From an uncultured virus (IMG/VR IMGVR_UViG_3300020200_000019) (lineage: Duplodnaviria; Heunggongvirae; Uroviricota; Caudoviricetes), in the IMG/VR virus record IMGVR_UViG_3300020200_000019: a stretch of DNA of 64,000 nt; one strand, given 5' to 3'. This document shows, piece by piece, positions 35,721 to 44,559 of this stretch. Position numbers and translations under genes: made by a program. Each line of letters starts with the position of its first letter. Within the stretch, counting starts at the first letter, position 1. A model generated the notes under the pieces. That model saw only the letters and a program-made list of their open reading frames with translations, did not search any database and was not told the origin of the DNA.

Positions 35721-36470
35721 ATGGCACGCAACCCTGTGGTGATCACCTCTGTCGAGGAGGACTTCCGCCGGATCGGCATCCTTTCCGAGTCCAAGGAGGA
35801 GAAGGAGGAGACCGGCGATGAGGAGGAGCGTCTGGAAGGCCGTCGCGTTCGCCTCCAGGTTCGAGCGGACACCGGCAAGGCGCGTCGCCTCCGCACGAAG
35901 CGCACCTCCCCTGCCGACAAGGTCAAGAGCCGCCAGTACAAGCGGTCGCACAAGAGCGCGATCCGCAAGCAGCGCAACCTCGCGCGGAACAGACGCCGGA
36001 AGGCCAGGCGGGACAAGCTCCGCAAGCGCCTGAAGCGCGAGTCGATGAACCGCCTGGACCGCGTGGCCTCCCTCATCGAGTCGGTGCGCGAGACCGTCGT
36101 CGCCGAACACCCGGGCGCGGCGATGGCGGAGGCGAAGAAGGCGTTTGCCAACATCGCCGTCATCGCCGAGCACCTCTCCGATACCTTCGCAGACATGGCG
36201 GAGGAAGGGCGGGACAAGGACCTCGCCAAGGCGGCGCTGGATTTCGCTCGCCTGGCAGAGGAGGCGGCCGAGTTCGCCACCAAGCTCCACCAGGGCACCC
36301 TGGCCGAGGAGGAGCAGGACGGCCTGGAGGAGACCTTCAAGGCCCACATGGACGCGCTGCTCGCGGGCCTGGATGTCTACGCGGACCTGACCGAAGGCTG
36401 CGAGGACGAGGAGGACGAGGAGGAGGACGAGGAGGAGGACGAGGAGGACGAGGAGGAGGGGGAAAAGTAG
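35721..36470 (+). CDS. Prohead core-like protein (basic block plus poly-Glu/Asp tail)
   Basis: SD ggagg; Arg/Lys-rich block as in T4 gp68-like proteins; EDEEDEEEDEEEDEEDEEE tail; upstream of the protease. Confidence 0.7.
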   Translation: MARNPVVITSVEEDFRRIGILSESKEEKEETGDEEERLEGRRVRLQVRADTGKARRLRTKRTSPADKVKSRQYKRSHKSAIRKQRNLARNRRRKARRDKLRKRLKRESMNRLDRVASLIESVRETVVAEHPGAAMAEAKKAFANIAVIAEHLSDTFADMAEEGRDKDLAKAALDFARLAEEAAEFATKLHQGTLAEEEQDGLEETFKAHMDALLAGLDVYADLTEGCEDEEDEEEDEEEDEEDEEEGEK

Positions 36471-36658
36471 GCGGCGCGGGCCTCCGACAGGAGGCGTGGC
36501 GTCGCCGGAGGACGGCTTATCGGAGTGGGCGGCTCGAACTGATCAACTACGAGAGACCTCGGTTCGGGTCGCCAGAGCGAAAGGTGAAGCAGAGGACAAC
36601 CATCCCGACCACCCAGTACACCCCCTTCAAGGGGTCGTTCAGGTGGCGACGGTACTGA
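36464..36658 (+). other. Start-less 64-codon frame, candidate -1 frameshift extension of the prohead core gene
   Basis: GGG GAA AAG TAG followed by a hairpin; -1 frame open to TGA at 36656-36658. Confidence 0.5.
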
Positions 36659-36660
36659 CG

Positions 36661-38214
36661 ATGGCGCAGACCCAGAACCACAAGAAGCTGCTGGTGGACA
36701 ACGCTCCAGTCGCGCTTCAACTCGACGAGCGATGGGAGGGCGGCCACAAGATCGTGGTGCGCGGCGAGTTCGCCAAGTGCGGTGTCGCTACCGAGAACAA
36801 TCGGATCTACCCGAACAAGCTGTGGGAGGCCCAGATCCGCAAGCTGGATCGGGCGATGGAGGATCGCCGGGTCTTCGGGGAACTCGACCACCCCAACGAT
36901 GGAAAGACGCAGCTTTCTCGTGTCGCGCACATCATCACCAGCATGAAGATCGAGGATGGTCGGGTGATCGGGGAAGCCGAGATCTTGGATACCGAACGCG
37001 GCAAGAACCTCGCCGCGCTCCTCAAGGCGGGTTGCAAGGTCGGGGTGTCCTCCCGAGGCTATGGCTCTACCAAGCAGAACGAACAGGGTGAGGATGTGGT
37101 CCAGGAGGACTACAAGCTCGTTACCTTCGATTTCGTGGCCGAGCCCGCCGACTCGACCGCCTACCCGCAGGTCTTCTTCGAGGGGGTGGAGATGCCCATG
37201 ACCGAAGCGCCGACCAAGGATCAAGATCTCGCCGAGAAGTTCGCCGCGCGTGTGGACGCCGCTCGTCGGGACGGCGAGGTGACGGCCAAGGAATCGCTGC
37301 GTGAGGAGTTCGCGCGCACGCTCATCGCCGAGGTCGCCAAGGTACGGGAGGAGATGCGGGAGGCGGTGCGCGGGGAGATGCTCTCCGATCCCGAGGTCGC
37401 GGGCGCGAAGAAGGCGCTGGACGCGATCAAGGACGTGCTCCGGCCCTACGTCCTCCCGGAGGACTTCGAGGGGCTGGTCCGCCAGAAGGACGGGGAGATC
37501 AAGAAGCTCCGTACCGAGGTCGCGGACCGGGATCTCAAGATCAAGGGCATGGAGGATGAGAACAAGAAGCTAGCCGACCTCGCGCGGGAGACCGGCTACA
37601 AGTTCTACCTGGAACGCGCCCTCTCCGGCGATCCCGACGCCGACCTGATCCGCAACGCCCTCGGGAACCTCGCGCAGTTCACCACCTCGACCGACTTGAA
37701 GGCCCGCGTGACGGCGGTGAAGGAGGAGGTCGAGAAGCGTCGTGTGGAGGAGAGGAGGGTCGAGGAGGAGCGGCAACGCCTCGTCGAGGAGGCCAAGACC
37801 ACCGAGCGGCGCGAGCGCGAGATCGTCGAGAAGAAGCTCGACACGATCTCGGAGGCGCTGGAGGAGTCGCTTCGCCTCAACCAGGAACTCGGCCTGAAGC
37901 TCCACGCCGAGAGGCGGTTGACGAACCACCCGAAAGCTGCCAAGATCCGGTCCATGATCGCTGCCGCCCAGCCTTCCTCCAAGGAAGAGATCGACGCGGT
38001 TGTCGAGAACTTCCGTGAGCCGGTTCGGGACGTGGAGGAGATGGAGGAGGTACGTTCGCGGGTACGCCGCCTGACCGGCGGTGGGCACACCCGCGTTCCG
38101 CAGGACGAGGAGACCGTGCGTCCGAATAGGCGCGAGGTCGTCGAGAACTACAACAACCTGGGAGCCCCCCTGGCCGAGCTTCGCAAGTTGGCGGGGATCG
38201 AGACCGAGAACTGA
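36661..38214 (+). CDS. T4 gp21-like prohead protease fused in frame to a coiled-coil scaffold
   Basis: NNRIYP, GELDHP, GVSSRGYGS, FDFVAEPA; long E/R/K-rich coiled-coil C-terminus. Confidence 0.9.
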   Translation: MAQTQNHKKLLVDNAPVALQLDERWEGGHKIVVRGEFAKCGVATENNRIYPNKLWEAQIRKLDRAMEDRRVFGELDHPNDGKTQLSRVAHIITSMKIEDGRVIGEAEILDTERGKNLAALLKAGCKVGVSSRGYGSTKQNEQGEDVVQEDYKLVTFDFVAEPADSTAYPQVFFEGVEMPMTEAPTKDQDLAEKFAARVDAARRDGEVTAKESLREEFARTLIAEVAKVREEMREAVRGEMLSDPEVAGAKKALDAIKDVLRPYVLPEDFEGLVRQKDGEIKKLRTEVADRDLKIKGMEDENKKLADLARETGYKFYLERALSGDPDADLIRNALGNLAQFTTSTDLKARVTAVKEEVEKRRVEERRVEEERQRLVEEAKTTERREREIVEKKLDTISEALEESLRLNQELGLKLHAERRLTNHPKAAKIRSMIAAAQPSSKEEIDAVVENFREPVRDVEEMEEVRSRVRRLTGGGHTRVPQDEETVRPNRREVVENYNNLGAPLAELRKLAGIETEN

Positions 38215-38250
38215 ACCTGAACGGCGCGTAGCGCCTGACGAACCTGGGAG

Positions 38251-39765
38251 ATGATGATGACAGAGGCACGCGAGATCCTGCTGGAGGACGCGAAGAAGAC
38301 TATCGCGGATCACTCCTTCGTCCGGGCGCTTATCCGCAAGTGGAAGGACTTCCTGGAGGGGATGCCTGACCGCACGGATGCCGACCGCTACACGCTCGGC
38401 GTGACGGCGGTGCTGATGGAGAACCAGTCGCAGTACCTCCAGAACCTCTCGGAGGACACGCGGCAGGCGAACGTCGGCTCCTTCACGAAGTTCATCTTCC
38501 CGGTGCTGCGCCGGGTCTTCCCCAACCTCATCGCCAACGACATCGTGTCGGTGCAGCCGATGACCGCCCCTATTGGAGCGGTGTTCTTCCTCGACTACAA
38601 GTACGGGACGAACAAGGGCGGGACGGCGTCGGGCAACGTCTTCCCCAGGGACTTCGACCGCGACTACTCCTCGGAGTACATCAACGGCGAACTCCTCGCC
38701 ACGGGCGACGGCGTGAAGTACGGCGGCGGCGGCCAGGCTCTCGCTGCGACCCTGGCCTTCGTGCCGGTCCGTCCGCTCGACGCGAGCCTCGGCTACTCGG
38801 TCCAGGTGATCGAGTACAACGTGACGACCGGCGCGGTGGTGCAGACTGCGACCGACAACGGCTCGGGCGCGTTCACCTTCGTCCCGGCGGGTGTCAACAC
38901 GGCGGGCACCATCAACTACACCACCGGGGCCGTTGCCGCGTTCAAGTTCCAGAACGTCCCCGCGAACAACAACCCGATCAAGGCCCTCTACTACTACAAC
39001 GGCGAGATGTCGTCGAACATCCCGCAGGTGAACCTCGACGTGACCAAGCAGCCGGTCGAGGCGAAGCCGCGCCGCCTCAAGGCGCTGTGGTCGAGCGAGG
39101 CGGTCGAAGATCTCCGCGCCTTCCAGGGCCTCGATGCCGAGACCGAAATCGTCAGCGCCATCTCGCAGGAGATCGCGCTGGAGATCGACCGCGAGATCGT
39201 GCAGTCCCTCTTCGCCAACTCGACGGGCACCTCGGCGTCCTTCGACCGCGTGCCCCCGGCGGCCATCGCGGAGGTGGATCACTTCCGCGCGCTGATCACG
39301 CAGATCGCCACGGTCTCGAACCTGATCCACAAGAAGACCCTGCGCGCGCCCGCGAACTTCATCGTCACCTCCCCCGAGGTGTCGGCGCTGATCGCGCAAC
39401 TCACCACCCACTCCGACTTCCGCCCGCTATCCGCGTCCGGCGGCGCGTCGCCCTACGGCCCGATGGACATGCCGCGCCCGCTCACTCAGCACGGGCAGTA
39501 CGGCATCTACAAGGTCGGCACGCTCCAGAACAAGTGGCTGGTCTACGAGGATCCCTTCTTCGCCCGCGACAAGATGCTCGTCGGCCTGAAGGGCAACTCG
39601 TACCTGGACTCGGGCTACGTGTTCGCGCCCTACATCCCGCTCCAGGTTACCCCGACCTTCCTTGATCCGGCGGACTTCTCGTTCCGCAAGGGCCTGCGGA
39701 CGCGCTACGCGACCAAGCTCCTGCGCTCGGAGTTCTACGGTCAGGTGACGATCAATAACTTGTAG
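38251..39765 (+). CDS. T4 gp23-like major capsid protein with a beta-rich insertion
   Basis: RRVFPNLIANDIVSVQPM, RRLKALWS.EA.EDL, EIDREI, APYIPL, KGLRTRY. Confidence 0.95.
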   Translation: MMMTEAREILLEDAKKTIADHSFVRALIRKWKDFLEGMPDRTDADRYTLGVTAVLMENQSQYLQNLSEDTRQANVGSFTKFIFPVLRRVFPNLIANDIVSVQPMTAPIGAVFFLDYKYGTNKGGTASGNVFPRDFDRDYSSEYINGELLATGDGVKYGGGGQALAATLAFVPVRPLDASLGYSVQVIEYNVTTGAVVQTATDNGSGAFTFVPAGVNTAGTINYTTGAVAAFKFQNVPANNNPIKALYYYNGEMSSNIPQVNLDVTKQPVEAKPRRLKALWSSEAVEDLRAFQGLDAETEIVSAISQEIALEIDREIVQSLFANSTGTSASFDRVPPAAIAEVDHFRALITQIATVSNLIHKKTLRAPANFIVTSPEVSALIAQLTTHSDFRPLSASGGASPYGPMDMPRPLTQHGQYGIYKVGTLQNKWLVYEDPFFARDKMLVGLKGNSYLDSGYVFAPYIPLQVTPTFLDPADFSFRKGLRTRYATKLLRSEFYGQVTINNL

Positions 39766-39780
39766 GATCTTCCCCGTAAC

Positions 39781-39800
39781 CCCGTCCTCGCCGGGACGGG
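39781..39800 (+). terminator. GC hairpin after the capsid gene
   Basis: cccgtcc / ggacggg stem; no U-tract. Confidence 0.4.
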
Positions 39801-39858
39801 TAGCATGCGAAGGCCCACACCGAGCGATCGGCGTGGGCTTTCGTGTTATAACGGGAGT

Positions 39859-39874
39859 GCGATCACACGGTCGC
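39859..39874. promoter_or_regulatory. 16-bp palindromic motif copy
   Basis: GCGATCACACGGTCGC in the gap after the capsid gene. Confidence 0.65.
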
Positions 39875-39888
39875 ACGGAGAACGGACG

Positions 39889-40233
39889 ATGACCTACGGG
39901 AAGCTGGACGACGTGTTGCGGGAGCTTCAGGCGCTCGACGAGGTGAAGCCCTCGCAAGATTTTCCGTTGCGGGAGGAAGGCCCGTTCCTGGCCCGCTTCA
40001 ACCGGCTGAGCGGGGAGGCAGACGATGTTCTCCGCGAAGCAGGGATCGATGCGAATGCCTCGCTCAAGAATCTCATGGCGCGCATCGCCGAGGCGTGTGA
40101 TAGCACGCTCGACAGCCTGGACTCGCTGATGTCCAACCTGCTGGAGGTGGTCAAGGTGCTCGACGTGCTGGATCGCTTGCGTACCGAGCTTCGGGCTCTG
40201 CGAGCACGGGCCGGGGAAGTCTCCAAGGAGTAG
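39889..40233 (+). CDS. Small helical hypothetical protein
   Basis: SD ggag; leader ending ALDE-V. Confidence 0.65.
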   Translation: MTYGKLDDVLRELQALDEVKPSQDFPLREEGPFLARFNRLSGEADDVLREAGIDANASLKNLMARIAEACDSTLDSLDSLMSNLLEVVKVLDVLDRLRTELRALRARAGEVSKE

Positions 40234-40236
40234 CGG

Positions 40237-40956
40237 GTGGCTCTCAAGGATGCAGAGAGCTTGAAGCTCTGGATGCTCCGCCAGTTCGGAGCACCGCTGG
40301 TCGAGGTGGAGTTGACCGCCGAGCACCTCGACGACTGCATCGAGAACGCGAGTCGCTGGTTCGTCGCCAAGAAGGGCCTTCACCTCCAGGCTGCGATGGA
40401 TGTGGTGCCGAACAAGGTGGAGTACGACCTTCTGCCGGAGATGGACAAGGTGCTCGACGTGGCCTTCCCGTCGAACCCCCTCGACTTCTCCCTGGTCTTC
40501 GCTCCCTTCACCCTTCCCGACCAGCAGGTGCCCTACAGCGTCTTCGCTGCCTCCGGCTCGCTGGGCCTCTACTCCCACTTCACCCAGGCGCTTCAGTACG
40601 TGACCACCGCGAAGCGCATCCTGGGGGTAGAAGTGGACTGGCGGCAGGAGCACCGGAAGCTGTTCCTGTTCCCCGCCAAGTTGCCGACGGGGAAGGTGAT
40701 CCTCACCTACAAGTCTTCCAATTTCACCCTCGAACAGCTTGCCGAGCGGGATCACGACCTCGTGAAGCGACGGGCGATGGCAGAGGCGAAGAAGATTCTC
40801 GGAAGGGTGCGCTCCAAGTTCGACAACTACCCGACCGCGCAAGGTTCGGTGGCCCTTGACGGGAGCGTTCTCCTCGAAGAAGCTGGGGCAGAGATTGAGC
40901 GCCTGGACGAGGAAATCTTTGACGCTGGCTATCCGATGGCCTTCCTTCGAGGTTGA
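40237..40956 (+). CDS. T4 gp13-like neck protein
   Basis: LRQFGAPLVEVEL..EHLDDCI; AKKILG..RSKF...LDG. Confidence 0.85.
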   Translation: MALKDAESLKLWMLRQFGAPLVEVELTAEHLDDCIENASRWFVAKKGLHLQAAMDVVPNKVEYDLLPEMDKVLDVAFPSNPLDFSLVFAPFTLPDQQVPYSVFAASGSLGLYSHFTQALQYVTTAKRILGVEVDWRQEHRKLFLFPAKLPTGKVILTYKSSNFTLEQLAERDHDLVKRRAMAEAKKILGRVRSKFDNYPTAQGSVALDGSVLLEEAGAEIERLDEEIFDAGYPMAFLRG

Positions 40957-40964
40957 GGCAGTCG

Positions 40965-41537
40965 ATGTCCCGCAAGCCGGTCCGTCCCTTCCCCTCTTTT
41001 CGCCCGGTCGAGACTTACCCGCACGATACCTTTCGGCTGACCGACACGAGCCGTCCCTTGTTCGACAGCGTGGCCTCCGAGCACACCCGGAGGGTGGGGA
41101 CGGCGGTGGAGTTCTTCTCCCAAGACGCCCAGGGGAAGGAGCGCGACGCGGTGTACGACGAGCCGATTTCGGGACGCTGGAAGGGTCCGTTCCGTGTCCA
41201 CGCCTACGTGGAGTGGCCGGACTCCTCGCCTTCCGCCGGGCAGGAAGGCCTCAAGACCGAGTACAACGGCTCGTTGTGGTTGGCGCGCGTTGATCTGGAA
41301 CAGGTGCTCGCACCGGACCCCAACGAGGGGGACGTGGTTAGGATCTGGCGACTGCCCTTCTACGATCAGAAGTGGAGCACGGCAGGGGTGGAGAACATCT
41401 CTCGATCAGGCTACTATTTCGACATCATGGACGTGGACGACGACGGCCACCTGTTCGACACGCCCAGCTTTATGGGTTTCAAGTGCATGATCCAGCGGCG
41501 GACCGAGTTCACGCCCGAGCGGAGGATGGAACGATGA
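40965..41537 (+). CDS. gp14-like neck/head-closure protein
   Basis: D.VYDE and PNEGDVV motifs; position after the gp13-like gene. Confidence 0.65.
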   Translation: MSRKPVRPFPSFRPVETYPHDTFRLTDTSRPLFDSVASEHTRRVGTAVEFFSQDAQGKERDAVYDEPISGRWKGPFRVHAYVEWPDSSPSAGQEGLKTEYNGSLWLARVDLEQVLAPDPNEGDVVRIWRLPFYDQKWSTAGVENISRSGYYFDIMDVDDDGHLFDTPSFMGFKCMIQRRTEFTPERRMER

Positions 41538-41833
41538 GTGACCAGAAGACGATTTCCGAGAGCATGAAGCGCATCCTCGGCGAGGAAGACGAGGTTCAGC
41601 CCCCCGAGGACACCATCGCCCGGTATCTGGCGCTGGCCGCGTACACCCTCGGCGTGGACCTCGACGACGCCCAGGCGGTGAAGGAATTCATCGTCAGCGT
41701 GAAGAAGACCATCACCAAGGAGCAGTCCTCGCTCAAGAGCCTGTTCCGGCGCTTCACCGTCGCCAGGGCCAAGGCCGCCGCCAAGGGCGCGATGTACGCC
41801 GCCCAGTACGCGAGCTACGAGGAGAAGGAGTAG
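41534..41833 (+). CDS. Small hypothetical protein
   Basis: SD ggagg, ATGA overlap; leader ending ILGE-E. Confidence 0.65.
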   Translation: MSDQKTISESMKRILGEEDEVQPPEDTIARYLALAAYTLGVDLDDAQAVKEFIVSVKKTITKEQSSLKSLFRRFTVARAKAAAKGAMYAAQYASYEEKE

Positions 41834-41836
41834 GGC

Positions 41837-42313
41837 GTGCCCCTTCCTCACTTGGCTGCTATCGAACGTGCGGTTCGTGGGGGGCTGAGTGCGGTGTGCG
41901 CAACCTGTTTGAGCTACTGGGAGGCGCGCGACCGGGGCCTTCCCGAACCACGCTGCCTGGCCGAGGACGATTGCGCATCGCCGTTCGGCGGCGACACCTT
42001 CCACGAGTACCAGGGGCCGATCACCGACTTCGGCTGCTTCTGCTTCGTGTGTGGGGTCGATCCTTCTTTTCTGGTCCGGGTCGTTCCCTGCTCCCCGCGC
42101 CGCCTCCCGGTTCCTGATCGGAAGGTCGGGGTGTGCGCCAAGCACGCGACCTGGCTCGCCCAGTTCATGCCCCAGGATCGTCCTGCGCCGTGCTCCTTGC
42201 TCCTGGGTCCCGACGGTACGGTGACGCCGGAGAGCCTGATCCGCCCGCCCGCCAAGTCCTTGGCCCGCGCCATCCTCGAAGTCGAAACCTACTTCACCAG
42301 CCGCGAGGGGTAG
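41837..42313 (+). CDS. Cys-rich metal-binding hypothetical protein
   Basis: CATC...C...C, CFVC, CAKH; SD aaggag. Confidence 0.65.
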   Translation: MPLPHLAAIERAVRGGLSAVCATCLSYWEARDRGLPEPRCLAEDDCASPFGGDTFHEYQGPITDFGCFCFVCGVDPSFLVRVVPCSPRRLPVPDRKVGVCAKHATWLAQFMPQDRPAPCSLLLGPDGTVTPESLIRPPAKSLARAILEVETYFTSREG

Positions 42314-42314
42314 G

Positions 42315-43133
42315 TTGATCGCCGTTCGGATTCCGCCACGCACCCGTAGGGTCTTCCGCCTGATCGCCCAGCTTCCCGAGCGGGCGGCCAAGATGCGGGC
42401 CGCCTTTACCTTTTTCGTCGCTGATCGTGTCTCGAAGCTCCTTCAGGAGAAGATCCCAACCGCCGGAGAGTGGCGGGCTTACCGCTCATCGCTTCGAGTG
42501 GCGAAGGTCTCCGGGCTCTCCTCCAAGGAGAGCGCGTTCGCGCTCTCTGCCGACCAGACCGCGCGCCGGGTGCGCCAGGTTGACGTACCCCAGACCCTTT
42601 TGTATATTCGATCCCGCCGTCGCCTCCGTCGGCCCGATCCGAAGATCGTGGTGCTGGAGAAGTACGGCCCGTGGACGATGGACATCCTCCCTTTCATGCC
42701 GAAGTCTACCGAGGCGCACATCGTCGCCCGTCGGGTGACGGAGCGTGAGGCGGAGAAGGTCCGAAAGTTCCGACAGGCGGACCGGGTGAAGTGGCGGAGA
42801 GCCCTGGCCGAGGTCGGTGTCCGTCCTTCCGAGCATGCACAACCGAAGGTGGCTCCAGACGCCAAGGCGGTTCCCGACCTGGCTCTTTCGGCGCTTCGCC
42901 TGGAGTTCGGCCTCGGAGGGACCAAGGCCCAGGCCCATTGGCGTCCGGCGATCCGGGATCTTCGGTCCAAGGCCGGACTTCGAGCTTTGATCCAGGACCA
43001 AAAGGGGCTACTCTGGTCCCTGACCAAGCCAGAGTTTCGGAAGTGGCGCAGGTGGCCGCCGCGCACGTCACGGCGGATCAAGTCGAGCGAAGCCAGCACG
43101 TTCTTGGCTTTCCAGTCCAAGCTGGGGGCCTGA
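42315..43133 (+). CDS. Basic hypothetical protein of the neck/tail-completion region
   Basis: LRLEFG...HWRPA resembles the C-terminus of HK97 gp10-like proteins. Confidence 0.55.
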   Translation: MIAVRIPPRTRRVFRLIAQLPERAAKMRAAFTFFVADRVSKLLQEKIPTAGEWRAYRSSLRVAKVSGLSSKESAFALSADQTARRVRQVDVPQTLLYIRSRRRLRRPDPKIVVLEKYGPWTMDILPFMPKSTEAHIVARRVTEREAEKVRKFRQADRVKWRRALAEVGVRPSEHAQPKVAPDAKAVPDLALSALRLEFGLGGTKAQAHWRPAIRDLRSKAGLRALIQDQKGLLWSLTKPEFRKWRRWPPRTSRRIKSSEASTFLAFQSKLGA

Positions 43134-43144
43134 AGGAGACCGAG

Positions 43145-43528
43145 ATGAACAACCAGATCAACGAACTGCTCACGAAGATCCGCCGGGGTCTGGAGGAGGG
43201 TGGAGCGCGGGGACCGTACACCTCCGACGACGCGAGCACGATGGATGACGAGGCGGCGGCGGGCGATCTTGGCGCGGAGAACTCCGAGGTGGACGCGCTC
43301 GACGCCTTCCTGACCGACCTGGCCGACCAGATCGTCGCCAACGTCGATTACATGGACTACGAGGAGGCCCTCGACATCGTGTTCGACTGTGCCGACTCCC
43401 TCGCCGAGACCGGCGACCTGCCGGAGATGCCCGACGACGATGCTTCCGCTGACGAGCTTTCGCTCTGGCTCGGGAAGGCCAGGTCGGTCGGCTTCGGCGC
43501 GCTGTGCATGAAGATGGCGCGGGAGTAG
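43145..43528 (+). CDS. Small acidic hypothetical protein
   Basis: SD aaggag; leader ending GLEE-G. Confidence 0.7.
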   Translation: MNNQINELLTKIRRGLEEGGARGPYTSDDASTMDDEAAAGDLGAENSEVDALDAFLTDLADQIVANVDYMDYEEALDIVFDCADSLAETGDLPEMPDDDASADELSLWLGKARSVGFGALCMKMARE

Positions 43529-43543
43529 TTCGCGGTCCGGTAG

Positions 43544-44248
43544 ATGGCGGATGCGGCGACGCTGGCCCGGGAACAACGTGCGACGGGTCGAGCACCGAAC
43601 GGCACGGTGGGTCTACGGGCCTTCGACGAAGGGTTGCTCCTTTCTCTGGGAGGAAAGGTCAGCGACAGCAACTACTTCGTCCAGGTCCCGGGGGTCCAGC
43701 CCCCTCCGGGGTTTCCTGGCGTTCCGCTCTCGTTCACCTTCCCCGAGGACGTGTTCGAGAAGTACCGGCTGCCCTTCATCCTCATCAACCGTGACGACCT
43801 CTCTCCGGCGCTTCAGCGGTGGCATCCCGGAGCGATCCAGTACCGTGCCCCGGCTCCAGGGGCGCTGCCGATTCACATCACCGACTCCGTGGGGACGTTC
43901 GACGGCTTCTCGAAATACGAACAGCGTCCCCAAGCGTTCCCTTTCGACATCACCTACTCGATCAGCCTCTACGCCCGCTACCGCTCGGACGCGAACGCGC
44001 TGCTCGACCACGCGATGCGGAAGTTCCCTCCCTACGGGGCGCTGTACCTGTTCGACGACCAGCAGGATCCCCGATCCTACGATGCCTTTGCGGAGGGCGT
44101 CGCGGTACTGGACGACGTGCTGGACGTGACGCAACGCCTGGTGGGCTTCATCTTGACGGTTCGGGTTGAATCCGAACTCGATTTGAGCGATCCTCTGGTC
44201 AGCACAGCGGTTCGGAAGCTCCCGATGCTGCGCGAATTGGAAATCTGA
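43544..44248 (+). CDS. gp15-like tail terminator / sheath stabiliser
   Basis: RLPFILI, PFDITYSISLYARY..DAN; upstream of the sheath. Confidence 0.75.
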   Translation: MADAATLAREQRATGRAPNGTVGLRAFDEGLLLSLGGKVSDSNYFVQVPGVQPPPGFPGVPLSFTFPEDVFEKYRLPFILINRDDLSPALQRWHPGAIQYRAPAPGALPIHITDSVGTFDGFSKYEQRPQAFPFDITYSISLYARYRSDANALLDHAMRKFPPYGALYLFDDQQDPRSYDAFAEGVAVLDDVLDVTQRLVGFILTVRVESELDLSDPLVSTAVRKLPMLRELEI

Positions 44249-44556
44249 TGCCCAACTACTACAACCGGACGCAAGGTCCGATCTCCGTCGCCCTCGCTGA
44301 CGGTACGCCTCTGGCGATCCCTCCCAAGGGCTTGGCAGAGATCGCCCGCGATGACGAGGGGGCCGCCAGCCTCCAGGCGGCGATCTCGCGGGGAGATCTC
44401 ACTCGGCTTCCCGATCTGGATCTGCCTCCATCACCACTTCCGGCTTCACCGAGGGTCGAGATGGTGAACCCGCGTCCGGTTCCGGTCATTGAGGTGCCTC
44501 CCGTCGAGGCCCATGCGATCTCCGAGACCGAGAAGAACCCCAAGAAGAAGGGATGA
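44248..44556 (+). CDS. Small hypothetical tail-region protein
   Basis: TGATG coupling; immediately before the sheath. Confidence 0.6.
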   Translation: MPNYYNRTQGPISVALADGTPLAIPPKGLAEIARDDEGAASLQAAISRGDLTRLPDLDLPPSPLPASPRVEMVNPRPVPVIEVPPVEAHAISETEKNPKKKG

Positions 44557-44559
44557 CCG

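Noticed and set aside
36399..36460. GAGGAC/GAGGAG tandem repeat
   Set aside because: Explained as the coding poly-Glu/Asp tail, not a separate repeat element
36496..36660. 55-aa N-terminal extension of the protease given in the ORF track
   Set aside because: SD is too close to the GTG and the frame uses rare codons; the alternative frame fits better
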